Assembly: GCA_029261065.1 (NCBI GenBank)
Contig: JAJDCB010000006.1
Coordinates: forward strand, 64,284 to 128,283
Length of the DNA stretch: 64,000 nucleotides
Direction: 5' to 3'
DNA from: Candidatus Omnitrophota bacterium
Lineage (GTDB): Bacteria > Omnitrophota > Gorgyraeia > Zapsychrales > Zapsychraceae
A program made the position numbers and the translations under genes. A model generated the notes under the pieces. That model was not told the DNA's origin. It worked only from the letters and a program-made list of their open reading frames with translations, and ran no database searches. This document shows positions 62,788-64,000 of the stretch, piece after piece (within the stretch, counting starts at the first letter, position 1; every line of letters begins with the position of its first letter).

Positions 62788-62985
62788 AGACTCGAAGTGT
62801 CAGATCTCCTATCTAATTATGAAATAAGAATTTATCTATCATCTCCTTCTTACTTTTACTTAGGTTACTCACACAGACGCGTGTGGATAAATCATTATTT
62901 TAATCCTGGCCCTTAATTCTTCTATTCAATAATCTCAGCTATCTTTACTTTTTTCAATGAGTTGAGAGATCTGACACTTCTAGTC
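62788..62985. mobile_element. about 200-bp MITE/REPIN-like unit bounded by about 20-bp inverted repeats (F3/R3)
   Basis: agactcgaagtgtcagatctc ... gagatctgacacttctagtc; no target duplication or transposase seen. Confidence 0.5.
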
Positions 62986-62986
62986 C

Positions 62987-63002
62987 GACACTTCTAGTCT
63001 TT
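62987..63002 (-). repeat. dispersed repeat copy R1, tandem to R3
   Basis: gacacttctagtcttt, exact reverse complement of 58531-58546. Confidence 0.85.
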
Positions 63003-63020
63003 TCTTTCTACTGCTCTCAA

Positions 63021-63425
63021 TTATGTCGCGACCGGATTTTGATCCTTAACAAATAATGGGAGCGATGTCTCATTTCTGCTGTCAATAGCTAAATCAATGG
63101 AATATACACCAAATTTTGGGATTTTCATTTGCTGTATATTAAAAATCATATTTGCAACACCTGATCTTTGGTCATCAGGAAATTTGATTTCAATTGCTCC
63201 ATTGGCTGCTGGTATTAAAGGTTTACCATCCAAATCAACAAAATTTACAGCAACGGCATGTCTACCACGTTCAATAGCAGTAAACCGAACTCTTAATGCG
63301 ATAGCGCATTGCGGGTATTGGATTGGCGTCTGCTTAGACCAAACAGTATCAAAGGCTCCCAAAATATTCAACTTTCCTCTTTGATCTGTCGCTGCATCAC
63401 ACAATGTAAAAATTTCAATATTCAT
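63021..63425 (-). CDS. conserved hypothetical protein (all-beta)
   Basis: LCDAATDQRGKLNILGAFD, FGVYSIDL; SD AAGGAG. Confidence 0.7.
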   Translation of the reverse strand: MNIEIFTLCDAATDQRGKLNILGAFDTVWSKQTPIQYPQCAIALRVRFTAIERGRHAVAVNFVDLDGKPLIPAANGAIEIKFPDDQRSGVANMIFNIQQMKIPKFGVYSIDLAIDSRNETSLPLFVKDQNPVAT

Positions 63426-63449
63426 AATTCATTCTCCTTGTAATAATAG

Positions 63450-63486
63450 GGGTCAGCGCCCTAGCAGAAACTAGGAGCCTTGACCC
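63450..63486. repeat. intergenic bulged hairpin
   Basis: GGGTCA..CCTAG-CAGAAA-CTAGG..TGACCC followed by TTTT on the plus strand. Confidence 0.5.
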
Positions 63487-63563
63487 TTTTCTCTGATACT
63501 GTTTTTCTTTCTGCTATAAATAACGTTTAATTATTCTTCTACTATCTTCCCTTTTGAATATAT

Positions 63564-63944
63564 CTAGTATGGACCAGTATATTCAAGAACAATTAATTGA
63601 TTTGCTTCAAGATTAAATTTTCTACTCGACGTAATCCCAAATGGGCCTACAGGATGCAATTTTACAATATGACTTCCTTCATCTAAAGTAATTGTTGTAT
63701 TACTATGTTTTGATACAACCAAAGGATCGAAGTCATCAATCTCAATAATATAACTCTTAAGCATATACTGTATGCTAGGGGGGCGACATAAAACTTTTAA
63801 TTCACCAGAGCTTAAACTATTCGATAAATCAAAATCATAGGCACTCCTTGTAACTTCTGACATGCCTAATCTTTTTTCATACTCTCTTGTTGCACACCCG
63901 CTGACAAAAATAATAATCACTAAAAAATATATCAATCGTTTCAT
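63564..63944 (-). CDS. hypothetical lipoprotein (start probably 63944)
   Basis: MKRLIYFLVIIIFVSGC lipobox. Confidence 0.6.
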   Translation of the reverse strand: MKRLIYFLVIIIFVSGCATREYEKRLGMSEVTRSAYDFDLSNSLSSGELKVLCRPPSIQYMLKSYIIEIDDFDPLVVSKHSNTTITLDEGSHIVKLHPVGPFGITSSRKFNLEANQLIVLEYTGPY

Positions 63945-64000
63945 CACCCCCCCCACATTTGTTACAAAAACAAAAAAAGAAAAGTGCCAGATTTTTACTT

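Noticed and set aside
62713-62916. Transposase remnant inside the MITE-like unit
   Set aside because: No HUH or DDE motif recognised in the frames I read.
58531-63002. CRISPR array
   Set aside because: Repeats are in mixed orientation with kb-scale irregular spacing; no cas genes.

Overview
AT-rich bacterial window from a diderm (TolC, porins and Mla are present; the lineage cannot be established from sequence alone). About 55 credible CDSs, all on the minus strand. Content: EamA/rhodanese/malic enzyme, mlaEFDCA, a CzcCBA-type metal efflux operon, a TetR-controlled RND pump, FKBP, a UDG-family gene, OprB, PEP carboxylase, a second RND+TolC, a porin/PhnD-like/hybrid histidine kinase module, frmA/fghA, rhlE, two metal-uptake operons, two HI0933 flavoproteins, cysK-glutaredoxin fusion + PLP decarboxylase + DsrE, an AbiE-type toxin-antitoxin pair and mscS. 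No rRNA, intact tRNA, CRISPR array, integrase or transposase was seen. Three non-obvious layers stand out. (1) Module boundaries carry co-oriented degenerate 3' fragments of initiator tRNA-Met, and three boundaries carry a conserved 64-bp motif starting with three tandem 10-bp units. This suggests an array built by repeated site-specific integration. (2) Three small His/Cys-rich leader ORFs ending in RPP/RGPP, each with its own sigma70 promoter, head the three metal-transport operons; in one, the Pro-Pro codons are complementary to the downstream Shine-Dalgarno. (3) Six copies of an AGACTAGAAGTGTC repeat form nested inverted pairs around AbiE, mscS and a 200-bp MITE-like unit. All calls are by eye from motifs; no database searches were run.
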